Of a stretch of DNA of 64,000 nt, positions 49,237-59,117 are shown in pieces. Within the stretch, counting starts at the first letter, position 1; every line of letters starts with the position of its first letter. The stretch covers positions 1-64,000 of the IMG/VR virus record IMGVR_UViG_3300005098_000013; one strand, given 5' to 3'. A program made the translations under genes and the position numbers. Origin of the DNA: a virus. The notes below the pieces were generated by a model that was not told the origin of the DNA, ran no database searches, and saw only the letters and a list, made by a program, of their open reading frames with translations.

Positions 49237-49908
49237 TTAAACCCACACACATTCATCCCACTTGCCTGTATCCCATTCACCAGCTTCGCCAAATAAAATT
49301 GGCTCAAAAGAAATGCCAGCTGGCTTGTACTTTGAAATTACAGTAGTCAATTCCGGCTTTGCGTTCTCATATTTGCGAGGTATTTCAATTATAATCCTGC
49401 CTGCTTCCAGAGAACTATCTGTGATTTTGACATTGGCTTCAGGAATGCCAATTGTAAGAGAAAGCGCTTTCTTTAAGTTAGAAGAAGTGCCACCTCCAAT
49501 GAGTCCAGTAACTGCTGACTTTATAAACCCCCGAAACTCATCATCGTTCCAGTCGCCTCTTGATAAGTCAAAGATTTTAGCCAACCTATCCAAACTGATA
49601 CTCTTTGCCTCATCTATCTGATGTGCCTCCTTTACTTCCGAAATAATATTGTCTATGTTCTTTTCTTCCTGTACCAGAATAGCTCCTAGTTTGTAGTTGG
49701 TATAACCTGTGACAAGCAAATCAACTTCCAAATGCTGACCTCTAGTACTGATTTCAAGATCTGGATAAGTAAAGCAACCGCTTTCATCTATATTATCATA
49801 GAACAAGCGGCCTATTTCGGTGAAGCCTTCTAGATTATAGGTACCTTCCTGCTTATAAAATTCCGGTAACCTACCTAAGAACCTTTTCAATACACTTGGT
49901 GCTATCAT
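49237..49908 (-). CDS. Baseplate wedge (gpI-like)
   Basis: SLDRLA...R...NDDEFR, GGT, KPAG; follows baseplate J. Confidence 0.75.
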   Translation of the reverse strand: MIAPSVLKRFLGRLPEFYKQEGTYNLEGFTEIGRLFYDNIDESGCFTYPDLEISTRGQHLEVDLLVTGYTNYKLGAILVQEEKNIDNIISEVKEAHQIDEAKSISLDRLAKIFDLSRGDWNDDEFRGFIKSAVTGLIGGGTSSNLKKALSLTIGIPEANVKITDSSLEAGRIIIEIPRKYENAKPELTTVISKYKPAGISFEPILFGEAGEWDTGKWDECVWV

Positions 49909-49918
49909 CTTTGCGTTC

Positions 49919-50974
49919 CTAAGATATTGTTATATTAGCCGTACTAATAGTTGCAACTTCATTGTCTGCTATGGATATGTTCACCTTGCCACTTGGAGCT
50001 GGTGTTGTACCTATAGTCAGTTCCACATCTATCATACCTTCAAGTGTCATTATGGTAACTAAGAGATCTGCATACTTTACATCTTCACCTACACCCAAGT
50101 CATTGATGAATGAGGCAATAGTGTTGACAATAGTAACCTCAGCAATGCTTCCGTCTTGTGTCACATCTGCCGTTACATATATGTCAATTGAAGCAGGCCT
50201 ACTCCAAGAGACTGGAATTCCAGCAGGCTTTACTGCTGCTATTGTAGCATCAATATCTGCATCTTTGCCACCATACACTACTAACTCAGCAGAATGGGCT
50301 GTTAAATCTTCTGAACCAGTTACGCTTTCGACACCGTCTACTTCTTCCACGTTTGCAACTAAAGCTTCAAGAGTAGATACTGAAGCCCTTGTCAAGCTGC
50401 CTTTAATCCTTACCCTAAGAGAAGCATCAGTTTCAAGATCGGCACCACCTACAGTTGCGTTTGGGTTGGTTAAGCTAGTGACACCAGCAATTGCTTCTAC
50501 TAATTCTGTAATGGTGCCAGCTGCAACATTTCCTTCATCACCCGGTTCAGTTGCATAGGCTAAAATAGAAGCAACACTGTCAGAAATCCAGCCTGCAATG
50601 TTCGTTTTGAACCCTATTCCTGCAGCTGTACGTACTTCTGTAAACAATGGAATATAGGTGCCTGAAACACCTGAGAATTCAACTAAGCCAGATGCGTATG
50701 TCGCAGCATTGCGCGTAACTCCTACTAGCGCCGCTATCTGATCAAGTGAATCACCTGTTGCTGAATCCACAAAGCATGAATAGTATGCATCTTCGAGCTT
50801 TTCCCAAAGATTGGCCTCTTCTACTGCTACTGCTTCTAAAAATAATTCCAAAGGAGAAGATTCCGTAAGGTCCACATCAGCGCCGAATACTTCTTGTGCC
50901 TTCTCCTGTTTCTCTTTGATTATATCACTGAGAGTTTTTCTTACAAATCCGTCAGAAGTAACTCCAAAACTCAT
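49919..50974 (-). CDS. Baseplate J-like protein
   Basis: FGVTSDGF, ATGDSLD, PGDEGNVAAGTI, GGADLETDASLR. Confidence 0.92.
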   Translation of the reverse strand: MSFGVTSDGFVRKTLSDIIKEKQEKAQEVFGADVDLTESSPLELFLEAVAVEEANLWEKLEDAYYSCFVDSATGDSLDQIAALVGVTRNAATYASGLVEFSGVSGTYIPLFTEVRTAAGIGFKTNIAGWISDSVASILAYATEPGDEGNVAAGTITELVEAIAGVTSLTNPNATVGGADLETDASLRVRIKGSLTRASVSTLEALVANVEEVDGVESVTGSEDLTAHSAELVVYGGKDADIDATIAAVKPAGIPVSWSRPASIDIYVTADVTQDGSIAEVTIVNTIASFINDLGVGEDVKYADLLVTIMTLEGMIDVELTIGTTPAPSGKVNISIADNEVATISTANITIS

Positions 50975-50994
50975 TCTGCTTTACCTCCTAAAGG

Positions 50995-51318
50995 CTAACC
51001 TGTCTTCTTCAGCTGTGCTGAGATTGATGCCTCACGACCGTCTCTTGAAACTTCATATGAGAAAGTTTCAAAGCCGAGCTTGTCCTTTAAAGCCTTGATC
51101 TCGGCAACCATCAGTTCATGAGCAAAACCTGATCTCATTATACCCAAGATGTCAATGCCAAATGCTGGGTGATACGCCAATTCACCGATCTGTATTTTAA
51201 GGAAATGATCTATAGTTTGACCTATACTATCATCTCCTTCTACTGTATCTAGCTTATGTGTGCCTGTGTTGTATACTATATCTCCATTTACTAATTTAAA
51301 ACTCAAACCAAACCTCAT
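50995..51318 (-). CDS. gp25-like sheath initiator/wedge protein
   Basis: L....GE..YHPAFGID; position before J. Confidence 0.7.
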   Translation of the reverse strand: MRFGLSFKLVNGDIVYNTGTHKLDTVEGDDSIGQTIDHFLKIQIGELAYHPAFGIDILGIMRSGFAHELMVAEIKALKDKLGFETFSYEVSRDGREASISAQLKKTG

Positions 51319-51372
51319 TTCCTTTCTCCTGCTTCTACATTGCTCTTGACTTCTTCAAAAGAAAGCACAGCA

Positions 51373-52443
51373 TCATATCTCAAATTCCTTCTCCTCATAC
51401 ACCACTTCTTCTATTTCTTCTTCTACTTCTTCGATTGCTTCTACTTTTGATGCCACTTTGCTTCTTATCATTTTCTCTGCTTGCTTCTTCAGCTTCCAGA
51501 ATTTCTTGGTTTTTGCATCCAGCTCATATCCTGATTTAATCTTCTTCTTGATAACGGTTTTCTTAGCTGTTTTGTTTCTTGTTTTTTTCACAATGTCGCC
51601 TTTTTCTTCATCCCAAACATAATAGTCCTCTTTGACTACACATTTCCTTTTAATAATTTTAGAAGGCAACTTAGCACATTCCAAGTGTATGGGAACTGTC
51701 ATGATACCACCATCTTCTTCATCAAATCGAATTATTTTCAGGATTATGTTGTCACCAAGTTTAAATTTCTTATTACACTTTGGACATGTTGTTTCTGTGA
51801 AACCGAGGTCGCCCCAGTGTGTATTGACTGCATAGATGTCTGACCATCTCTTTGTAGAGACACCGTTTTTAAGTGTGTTATCTGCAGAAGGTATGAAGTT
51901 TATAACCGTTTCGACTGCACCTGTAGCTATACCAAATTTATAAGATCCACTAGTATAAATTTTTATGAAATCATCATCAGAAGAACTTATTTTTGAATCT
52001 CCATCTGCATCGAGAATAATACTCTTGCCATCCATATCCAAATCACCAGTCATCGCCACTGATCCGTCCTTCTTGAATATCTCTGACCCTTCTATACCAT
52101 CTACAGTATCTGCATCTTTGCCTGTCAATGTAGCTGGAATTTGTGCCAAAGGCAAAAGAGCGCTAGCATCTAATACTGGCACATTGTTTGCTGAATTAGC
52201 AAGAAACTTTCCACTATCCTTTATAAGCTTCCCCGACGTTCCATCAAAAATGGCAACCCTTTCATCTACAGCACTTGCAGGACCACTAACATCTCCATTT
52301 CCAATATGAATTCCTCCTGCAGTTGAACCATCTCCTATATACAATTCCTTCTCATCTGTTGTCCATAGTGGCTCACCCTCATCTGGTGTAACACCACTTC
52401 TATTCGCTTCCAACCCTCTCTTTATTCTTATTTTATTTACCAT
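51373..52443 (-). CDS. Fibre protein with Mtd/hyaluronidase-like N-terminus and C-terminal Zn-finger/charged tail
   Basis: IRIKRG...EGEPLWTTDEKELYIGDG; CPKC...H..C; K/E-rich end. Confidence 0.75.
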   Translation of the reverse strand: MVNKIRIKRGLEANRSGVTPDEGEPLWTTDEKELYIGDGSTAGGIHIGNGDVSGPASAVDERVAIFDGTSGKLIKDSGKFLANSANNVPVLDASALLPLAQIPATLTGKDADTVDGIEGSEIFKKDGSVAMTGDLDMDGKSIILDADGDSKISSSDDDFIKIYTSGSYKFGIATGAVETVINFIPSADNTLKNGVSTKRWSDIYAVNTHWGDLGFTETTCPKCNKKFKLGDNIILKIIRFDEEDGGIMTVPIHLECAKLPSKIIKRKCVVKEDYYVWDEEKGDIVKKTRNKTAKKTVIKKKIKSGYELDAKTKKFWKLKKQAEKMIRSKVASKVEAIEEVEEEIEEVVYEEKEFEI

Positions 52444-52474
52444 CTTTTCTTTCCTCCTCCTTTATTTACGGTCA

Positions 52475-52891
52475 TCAAAACGCGCCACCATCTACTTCTT
52501 CTGCTTTATCAACAATGCCATTATCATTTGGATCATAGGTTGCCTTAAACATATCGCCCCCGCCACCAGCAGAAGCCCAAATAGGATTAGCCCCGGGACC
52601 TTGAGTTTGCAAAAAATGACCGGTTGTTCCTGCTGCAAGCTTAACAATATGCCCGTTTGCATCTACGTAGAATATATCACCTTGTGCTGCATCATTAATC
52701 ATAAGATTCCCTGAGCAATCTATTTTAAAGAAAGATTTATCTTTCACACCTATAGTTATGCCATCATCTTCTTTAATCAGCCAAAACGGTTGGCCGCTAT
52801 CTATTTCATCATCCTCATTTAAATCTATGAACAACTTTACCCATGATGGATGCGAATCATATACCGATTTTCCTTTGACATATTGTGACAT
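52475..52891 (-). CDS. Small fibre-like virion protein
   Basis: GDIFY...LAAGTTG..L..G..ANP.W, GDMFKATYD...NGIVDKAE motifs. Confidence 0.6.
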   Translation of the reverse strand: MSQYVKGKSVYDSHPSWVKLFIDLNEDDEIDSGQPFWLIKEDDGITIGVKDKSFFKIDCSGNLMINDAAQGDIFYVDANGHIVKLAAGTTGHFLQTQGPGANPIWASAGGGGDMFKATYDPNDNGIVDKAEEVDGGAF

Positions 52892-52892
52892 T

Positions 52893-53492
52893 TCAACCTA
52901 TTTTTGTTTTCGAGCTTCCAGATACAATAGTGCCTGGAACTGGTATGCCAAGATTTCCAATGCCCAAAATAGCATCACCGTTTCGTGCAGCCCCTTTTGT
53001 GCCTTCTTGAATGTTTACTTCAGTAGCAGATTTTATGCTAATCTTGCCATTTGCCTCAAATTTCACGAAACAACCACTCTTGTGTTTTACAATACCTTCG
53101 CCTTCACCTACTTCAGGTAACTCATCAGAACTTAAGAAGAAGCCAGGTATACATATGCAATCGTTTAAACTAAACTGCCTTGAATCTTTTGCTAAGAGAA
53201 CGGTACTTGAATCTAAAAGCCCTTTTGAATTGTATTTTGTGAAGATGAGCAATACCACATCGTTTATTGAGAGTGGCGATACTACTGAAAGACTGCTTGT
53301 GCGTGGAAAGAGAACTGGCACGTCTCTGATAATAGGAAACGCCTCCTCCTTTCCATCTACAAGTATCTTATTCTTAACTCGCACATCAACTACTCTAGTG
53401 CCTGCTTTGGTTACAACCCCAATAGCTGCTGTCCACAAGCCATTAGTTTGTGCTTCTATAATTTCCTGAATCTTTCTTTTCAAGTCACGCAT
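52893..53492 (-). CDS. Baseplate central spike (Gp138/gpV-like)
   Basis: DVPVLFP, D.VLLIF, FSLND..IPG, AARNGD, IVSGSSK. Confidence 0.85.
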   Translation of the reverse strand: MRDLKRKIQEIIEAQTNGLWTAAIGVVTKAGTRVVDVRVKNKILVDGKEEAFPIIRDVPVLFPRTSSLSVVSPLSINDVVLLIFTKYNSKGLLDSSTVLLAKDSRQFSLNDCICIPGFFLSSDELPEVGEGEGIVKHKSGCFVKFEANGKISIKSATEVNIQEGTKGAARNGDAILGIGNLGIPVPGTIVSGSSKTKIG

Positions 53493-54345
53493 CCTTAGCC
53501 TTCTCCACTACAAACTGTACCTTGTGTGTTTCTTTATTTGAAGTATACTTATACTCCCTCACTACGAACACCCCGTCGACCTCTCTTGGAAACTTTGCCT
53601 CTAAATGTACTTCTAATTCGTTAAAAATGCCTGGAATCAGAAAACATTCTACATTCCAACCACTCAACCCATCTTCTTTATGTTCTACCAAATTTAGGAG
53701 GCCAGTGGTTGAATTAATATCGATGGCTGCTGTTTGCTTTAGCCCATAGCCTTTCGGTATAAAGTTAAGCATGCCAAACTTTTTGATATAGTGACATTCT
53801 TCATCTGTATCTTTGGTCATCCTTTCGACTTCGTGTATCCAGCTTGCAATTGTCCTGGTCCGATCTATTATGAAATCGTCCTTAAAAACAAAAGCAGACC
53901 TTATCTCTCCTAACGGATAGCCAGTCAAGGCTGAGATGTCGTTAAAGAATTCTTTTACAGGTGTGTTTTGCTTATAAACCTTAGCCATTGTTGTCTCATT
54001 CAAAATTTCATTGATGCTCTTTACCTGAATCACAGTCTTCACATCTCCAGTTTTTTCTAAATGATTTTCTACTTTTTTTACTTTGCCCCAGCCAATTTTA
54101 CCATAATTTGTTTCATATCCGCTTGATACACGTATAAGGTTATCTTCTGCTTCAGATAGCTTTGATCTATTAGCATCGTTTATATTATACAATGTGACCT
54201 CGTCGTATGATTCATCATCCCTGTTAGAACCTATTTCAAAGTATATGTCTAAATCATTTTGCACACCGTCAAACTTACCGCTTCTGAAAATACCTATGTC
54301 TTCAATCTCTACTTCTGTTTTCCTAATAAAGAAATCCAGTGTCAT
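53485..54345 (-). CDS. Baseplate hub protein
   Basis: VTLYN, SGYE, TGLL; gene order. Confidence 0.7.
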   Translation of the reverse strand: MTLDFFIRKTEVEIEDIGIFRSGKFDGVQNDLDIYFEIGSNRDDESYDEVTLYNINDANRSKLSEAEDNLIRVSSGYETNYGKIGWGKVKKVENHLEKTGDVKTVIQVKSINEILNETTMAKVYKQNTPVKEFFNDISALTGYPLGEIRSAFVFKDDFIIDRTRTIASWIHEVERMTKDTDEECHYIKKFGMLNFIPKGYGLKQTAAIDINSTTGLLNLVEHKEDGLSGWNVECFLIPGIFNELEVHLEAKFPREVDGVFVVREYKYTSNKETHKVQFVVEKAKDA

Positions 54346-54351
54346 TTTTCT

Positions 54352-54645
54352 TTATGCTACTGAACCCCAGTGCATCAGTCTTAAATCTAACGTATCCACT
54401 TCAATGCTAAACGGCAATACTAAGAACTCCGGTATATAAGTGTCTGGATCCTTCCCCATGATAGCCACATCTGTAAGCTTTTGATTCAAATATACCTTCT
54501 CACCAATTGCAACGTTCAGAGTAAAATAGCCTCGGGCATTCCAGCGAAGTGTAAAGTGAAAGCTTTTGCTGTTGAAGGTGGTATCTAGACTCTGGGAAGC
54601 CTTAGTTCCTTTTTCAAATGGCAACTTTGCTATTAGTTCAGTCAT
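54352..54645 (-). CDS. Small baseplate (plug-like) protein
   Basis: FTLRWNAR; gene order. Confidence 0.6.
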   Translation of the reverse strand: MTELIAKLPFEKGTKASQSLDTTFNSKSFHFTLRWNARGYFTLNVAIGEKVYLNQKLTDVAIMGKDPDTYIPEFLVLPFSIEVDTLDLRLMHWGSVA

Positions 54646-54680
54646 AATTATATTATACAGGGACAAGCCAAACTTGAAGG

Positions 54681-55382
54681 TTATACGCCAAACATCCTAA
54701 AAGGTAATTCTGCAGTGAAAAATAAAAAGCCATCGACTACAGTGCCCCAATAGCTTTCCTTTTCTTCAGGAACAACTGTTGACTTCAATGTAAGCGTAAC
54801 GCTGCCTAAATTTTTAGTATCATTACCATGCTCTTCACCATCATCAGTATAGGTAGTAATCTGAGGAGAGATGAGCTCAACTCTGCGCACTTCTTGAAAC
54901 GTGATGCTTACGTCAAATGCATTAGCAGAACCTGAATGCATTGCTGGTTTGATATCTGAGATGATGTAATTCTTATACACGTCCATATCACAAACCAGCG
55001 TTAAGAGAGTTTTGCTAGTTCTAAGTTCATTCAGTTTCTTAAGCCTTTCTACACGACCCTCGTAGAGCGTTGCCTCTATTTCAATTGCATTAAGCTTTGC
55101 ATAGACATGGTCTAAAAGGAAGCCTTCTTGTGTAGGGTGTTCAAGTACTTCATTTGAAAGGCTTGGTGATACTCTGCTGGTAAGTTGTGGTTTCAATGGT
55201 TTCAAATCAAAGTCAGCTATAGGATGAAATTCCAAATATTTTGCTCTGCCACCTTCGAGTACAGGAGCAAGATCTAAAGTTCCAGGTATTCGTACAAGAA
55301 TTCTAGACATGTCTTCCGCATCAAAAAGTGTGAAGAACTGAGATGCTGCATTTGGATCTGGCAACGGTACTTGATAAGTCAT
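54681..55382 (-). CDS. Tail tube initiator / Dit-like protein
   Basis: EHPTQEG..DH, YKNYII, ITFQEVR; follows TMP. Confidence 0.7.
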   Translation of the reverse strand: MTYQVPLPDPNAASQFFTLFDAEDMSRILVRIPGTLDLAPVLEGGRAKYLEFHPIADFDLKPLKPQLTSRVSPSLSNEVLEHPTQEGFLLDHVYAKLNAIEIEATLYEGRVERLKKLNELRTSKTLLTLVCDMDVYKNYIISDIKPAMHSGSANAFDVSITFQEVRRVELISPQITTYTDDGEEHGNDTKNLGSVTLTLKSTVVPEEKESYWGTVVDGFLFFTAELPFRMFGV

Positions 55383-55402
55383 TTTTTTATACCCCCTCTT
55401 AC

Positions 55403-58180
55403 TTAAAGCATCCTCTCTAGTTTGTGTAAGGTGGCGTCTACGGCCTCATCAATTATGGATCTGAATCCAGGCAGTGTTTCCTTGGTAAGACTAATACGCG
55501 CACCACTAAACATGCTTACTTGTACACCTCGGCTAACATTGCTTGAAACTTCAGCCATCCCAATTTTCATAGCCTTAAGCTTGTCTGCAACCGAAACTTC
55601 AACGCCTATACTTGGCGCTTCAACCATTAATTTTGGTATCTTTGGAGCTTCTATTCTCGGAACCTCAACTCTTTCTACAGTCTCTAGCATCACCGAAGGC
55701 TTTGCTACTTCTGGGAATTCTGCAATGCCAATAGTCTCAGGTGCTCTAATCTTATTTGCAACCTTTGACCATCGTTCAAAATTCTTAACATTCTCACCTG
55801 AATACTTCGCGCTTAATTGCAAAGCTTCCCAAAACGCAGGACTATGACGCTTGATGAATACAGCATTGAAAATTTTGCCTAACTTCCTCGTTATAGTTTC
55901 CCATTTCAAGAAAAGAGCTACTATAATTGTCACTGCTGCTGCGATTCCTAGAAGCACTGCCCAAACTGGAAAGGTAACACCCATAAATGTAAATGCTGCT
56001 GCTGTTAGTACGACATAAGCTTCAGTAGCAGCGAAAAGAGAAGCGACTAGAAGCCACATTGCTGCAGCTTGAAGCTTAGTTACAATCGTAGCGCCTATGG
56101 TTGCTATCTTATTCCAGACCTGTGCTGCCGTCAATTTTATTGTAGCAGCTGATAGCGCAGAAGCAGAAATTGCAGCCTCTCCTGTTGTTGATGCCAAAAA
56201 AAGGTTTGCTATTGCAACAAGTTTAGAGGCAACATAATTCCACACCATTACTGCTCTATTCTTTACTAATGATACAGTAAGCTTATCAAACGAAAAAGTA
56301 AGGAATTGAATTGCTGGTGTCACTAAAAACATCAGAGTAAGACCGTACTTGTTCATCCATTCGTTTCCTTTCTTTGTGCCTTCTGAAAGAATAAGCATGG
56401 AGAAAAGCATGGGGCCTGCCATGAGCGCCCATTGCCTAGCCATCGCAATTGAATGTTGCCTTGCTCTCAAAGTTGCTAATTGTATCTCGCCCCCGAGAAA
56501 CCTGAAACCGTTAGTAACAAGTTGTTGTGTGCCAAAAAGCCTATTATATACGTCTATAACCTCTTCCGTTGTATATTTCAGTTTTAGTTCATGATTTATT
56601 TCCCATTGCAAAGCCAAAACATCTGCTTCGCGTTGCTGAGCTAAAATTACCAAAGCCGCAACAAGCATGAATATACCACCAACGGACATTGCAATCACTC
56701 CGCCGAAGTGTGCTATTGTGCCGATAACCAACATAAAAATTGAAAAGACTCCAAGCAATGCAGGATGCACTTCAGCTAATGCATCTACTATTAATTTCAA
56801 TCCGCTATACCATGCCTTATACAGTCTAGCTGTAGGACCTGCCATCATTACTCTAAGCTTATCTAAAGATGACTCATATTGAATGATAACACCATGAAGA
56901 TCTTCAAGACGTTTCTTAGCTAGCGCATGTGCCATGGTAACGTCATTAATTGCTGCCTCCATCCTTTCCATTGTATCAATGCCCTTTATAGTATCCTTAA
57001 TCCATTCCTTCTGTGTATATGAAAAATTATCAAAGGTTTTGTCTAACTTTATTATTCCTTTGTTGCTTGCTGCATATTGTTCCATCAGACTCTTAAGTGC
57101 TTTTTTGCCATCTAAATGAGTAGCCTCTTCAATTGCCCATGCTGCTTGTGCTGCATTGAGCGTATCTATAGTTGGTTGAATTCCTTCCTCTCTTGCTTTT
57201 TTCATGATTTTAGCCCAGGAAGACCAATTTCTTGCACCAAAAAGGGCAGACAGATAAACTGCTCTAATACTAGGATCAAGACCACCGTAAGCCTCGTTCA
57301 GTATTTTTATCATGTTAGCAAGCCCATTGAACTTACCATTCAGGTCATAAATTCCCTTTTCAGCGTTCTCATTTGCTTTCCTTAACAGTTCAGAGGCCTC
57401 AGTATACTTAACTGTACCTTTGCCAGCAACACCTAATGCCTTTGAAACTCTCGTAATTCCTTCTCTCCAATATCTTCCTGCCCTTCCACCCCTGATACCT
57501 GCATCAGCAGAAATCATCATGTATGCAGTTGTATCTGCTAATGAGATTCCAAACTCTTCTGAAGCAGCTCCTGCATAAGACATACTGGTAGCTAATTCTT
57601 GTACCGTTAGGTTTGAATTAGTAATAGCCGTGGCTACAAGATTTACTACACCACCTAACTCATCTTGTGCGATCCCAAATTGATTAGTAACATCGATTGC
57701 GAACCTAGTAGCTTCAGTGTGACTAACCATACCAATAGTTGCCAACTCCAAGGTTGCGCCTACGGCTTTGATCACTTCATTTTCATCTTCAAACTTTTTC
57801 CCTGCTAAGGCAAAGATGCGGCCAACTTCTGCAGCTTGAACAGAGGTCCATTCTGTGGTCTTTCCGAGTTCTAAGAATCCTTTTCTAAGATCAGCAGTTT
57901 GATCCTCGGTTGCCTTCATTATGCTGCTTGTAATGGTAACTTGATGGTCAAACGTTCTGAACGCTTCTATGTTCGCAGTTGTTACAGAAAGCAGCGCATT
58001 GCCAAGGCGAGTGGCCATTGCGCCTGCTGCTAAGAGTCCAAAGCTCAAATACAGATAGGCAGTCCTAAGAGTTTGAGTAGCTGAAACTAAATCGAGCTGC
58101 TTCGCTCTAAGGTCTATTATCTTGTTCCTTAAACGCGTAGCTCCTGTCTCTCCGAAAAACGCGTGTAATTCAAATGGCAT
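55403..58180 (-). CDS. Tape measure protein
   Basis: 925 aa Ala-rich, TP901-like core (LGKTT...SMSYAG...GIRGGRAG...LFG), hydrophobic segments. Confidence 0.92.
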   Translation of the reverse strand: MPFELHAFFGETGATRLRNKIIDLRAKQLDLVSATQTLRTAYLYLSFGLLAAGAMATRLGNALLSVTTANIEAFRTFDHQVTITSSIMKATEDQTADLRKGFLELGKTTEWTSVQAAEVGRIFALAGKKFEDENEVIKAVGATLELATIGMVSHTEATRFAIDVTNQFGIAQDELGGVVNLVATAITNSNLTVQELATSMSYAGAASEEFGISLADTTAYMMISADAGIRGGRAGRYWREGITRVSKALGVAGKGTVKYTEASELLRKANENAEKGIYDLNGKFNGLANMIKILNEAYGGLDPSIRAVYLSALFGARNWSSWAKIMKKAREEGIQPTIDTLNAAQAAWAIEEATHLDGKKALKSLMEQYAASNKGIIKLDKTFDNFSYTQKEWIKDTIKGIDTMERMEAAINDVTMAHALAKKRLEDLHGVIIQYESSLDKLRVMMAGPTARLYKAWYSGLKLIVDALAEVHPALLGVFSIFMLVIGTIAHFGGVIAMSVGGIFMLVAALVILAQQREADVLALQWEINHELKLKYTTEEVIDVYNRLFGTQQLVTNGFRFLGGEIQLATLRARQHSIAMARQWALMAGPMLFSMLILSEGTKKGNEWMNKYGLTLMFLVTPAIQFLTFSFDKLTVSLVKNRAVMVWNYVASKLVAIANLFLASTTGEAAISASALSAATIKLTAAQVWNKIATIGATIVTKLQAAAMWLLVASLFAATEAYVVLTAAAFTFMGVTFPVWAVLLGIAAAVTIIVALFLKWETITRKLGKIFNAVFIKRHSPAFWEALQLSAKYSGENVKNFERWSKVANKIRAPETIGIAEFPEVAKPSVMLETVERVEVPRIEAPKIPKLMVEAPSIGVEVSVADKLKAMKIGMAEVSSNVSRGVQVSMFSGARISLTKETLPGFRSIIDEAVDATLHKLERML

Positions 58181-58198
58181 CCTTTATTCCTAAAGCAC

Positions 58199-58680
58199 TT
58201 ACCTAAACTGATACAGATGATCTTTGGACGTGTCTCTTGGCGTCATCAATTCGTAAAACTTACTGAGAAATGTTTTGAATGTTAAAAGCCTCTCTAGCGA
58301 CCACTGCCTAATCTCCTCTACACTATATTGCGGAAACTCTTTAGCGATGAGGAAAGCATCGAAATGCTTATCCACATCGCATTCTACTTTTTTATTAAAT
58401 TGCCTAGTTTCATTGCACCATGCAATTCTTCAAGCTTACCTAGAAGCAGAACTAAAGGCATAGCATCAAGCTTTGCAACATCGACTTTGGGTTCAATTAC
58501 ACACTTTTCAATGAGAAGTTTTGCATACTCGGTACGATTGGGCTTGCCTTGCTCATCTGTTGTATCACTTACCACATCTAAATACTCTAAACCTGGCAGT
58601 ATTCTAACTTTGAACTTAACGCCCATCACCTCTATTTCTGCTTCTTCTTTTTTCCTATATAAGCCTTCTACTTCTGCCAT
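58199..58680 (-). CDS. Tail assembly chaperone (58384-58680) and -1 frameshift extended form ending at 58199
   Basis: A AAA AAG at 58393-58387; -1 frame open for 62 codons up to the TMP. Confidence 0.8.
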
Positions 58681-58690
58681 TCCTTATCTC

Positions 58691-59104
58691 CTATTCTAAC
58701 GGATCGATGTCAAAACCATAGCCTGCGATGCTAAAAGTTACATCTGGTGCTTCTTTACCATTGGTCTTCCATTCTGGTGCCTTTGCAATTATAGCATGCT
58801 CCATCTTGACTTCCTTAAAGCCTACTGATGTCTCGCTGCCTTTTATAGCCTTGATGCTAAACTTGAAATCCTCTTTGTTCTTCCAGAGATCGTACAGGTC
58901 TTTAAATGAAGAAGAGATCGACTTTATCGAAATCGATCCTTCTGCCGCTGTGCTCGGGTCTATGTTAAATCCAAGCTCACCCATCAGCCCTTCTATGTTC
59001 GTATGTTCCGCTCCAGGCGTGATTCCAAAACCATCTGGTCCAAAGCCTGTAACTTTTGTGTTGCCAACAAAACATTCCACTTTGCTTATATCAAACTGCG
59101 TCAT
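58691..59104 (-). CDS. Tail tube protein
   Basis: Between sheath and chaperone; VTGFG.DG, G..GE. Confidence 0.75.
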   Translation of the reverse strand: MTQFDISKVECFVGNTKVTGFGPDGFGITPGAEHTNIEGLMGELGFNIDPSTAAEGSISIKSISSSFKDLYDLWKNKEDFKFSIKAIKGSETSVGFKEVKMEHAIIAKAPEWKTNGKEAPDVTFSIAGYGFDIDPLE

Positions 59105-59117
59105 TTTTCTCACCTCC

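Noticed and set aside
47805-51465. Fibre-end duplication as a DGR template/variable repeat pair
   Set aside because: Differences are not adenine-specific, include deletions, and no reverse transcriptase is in the window
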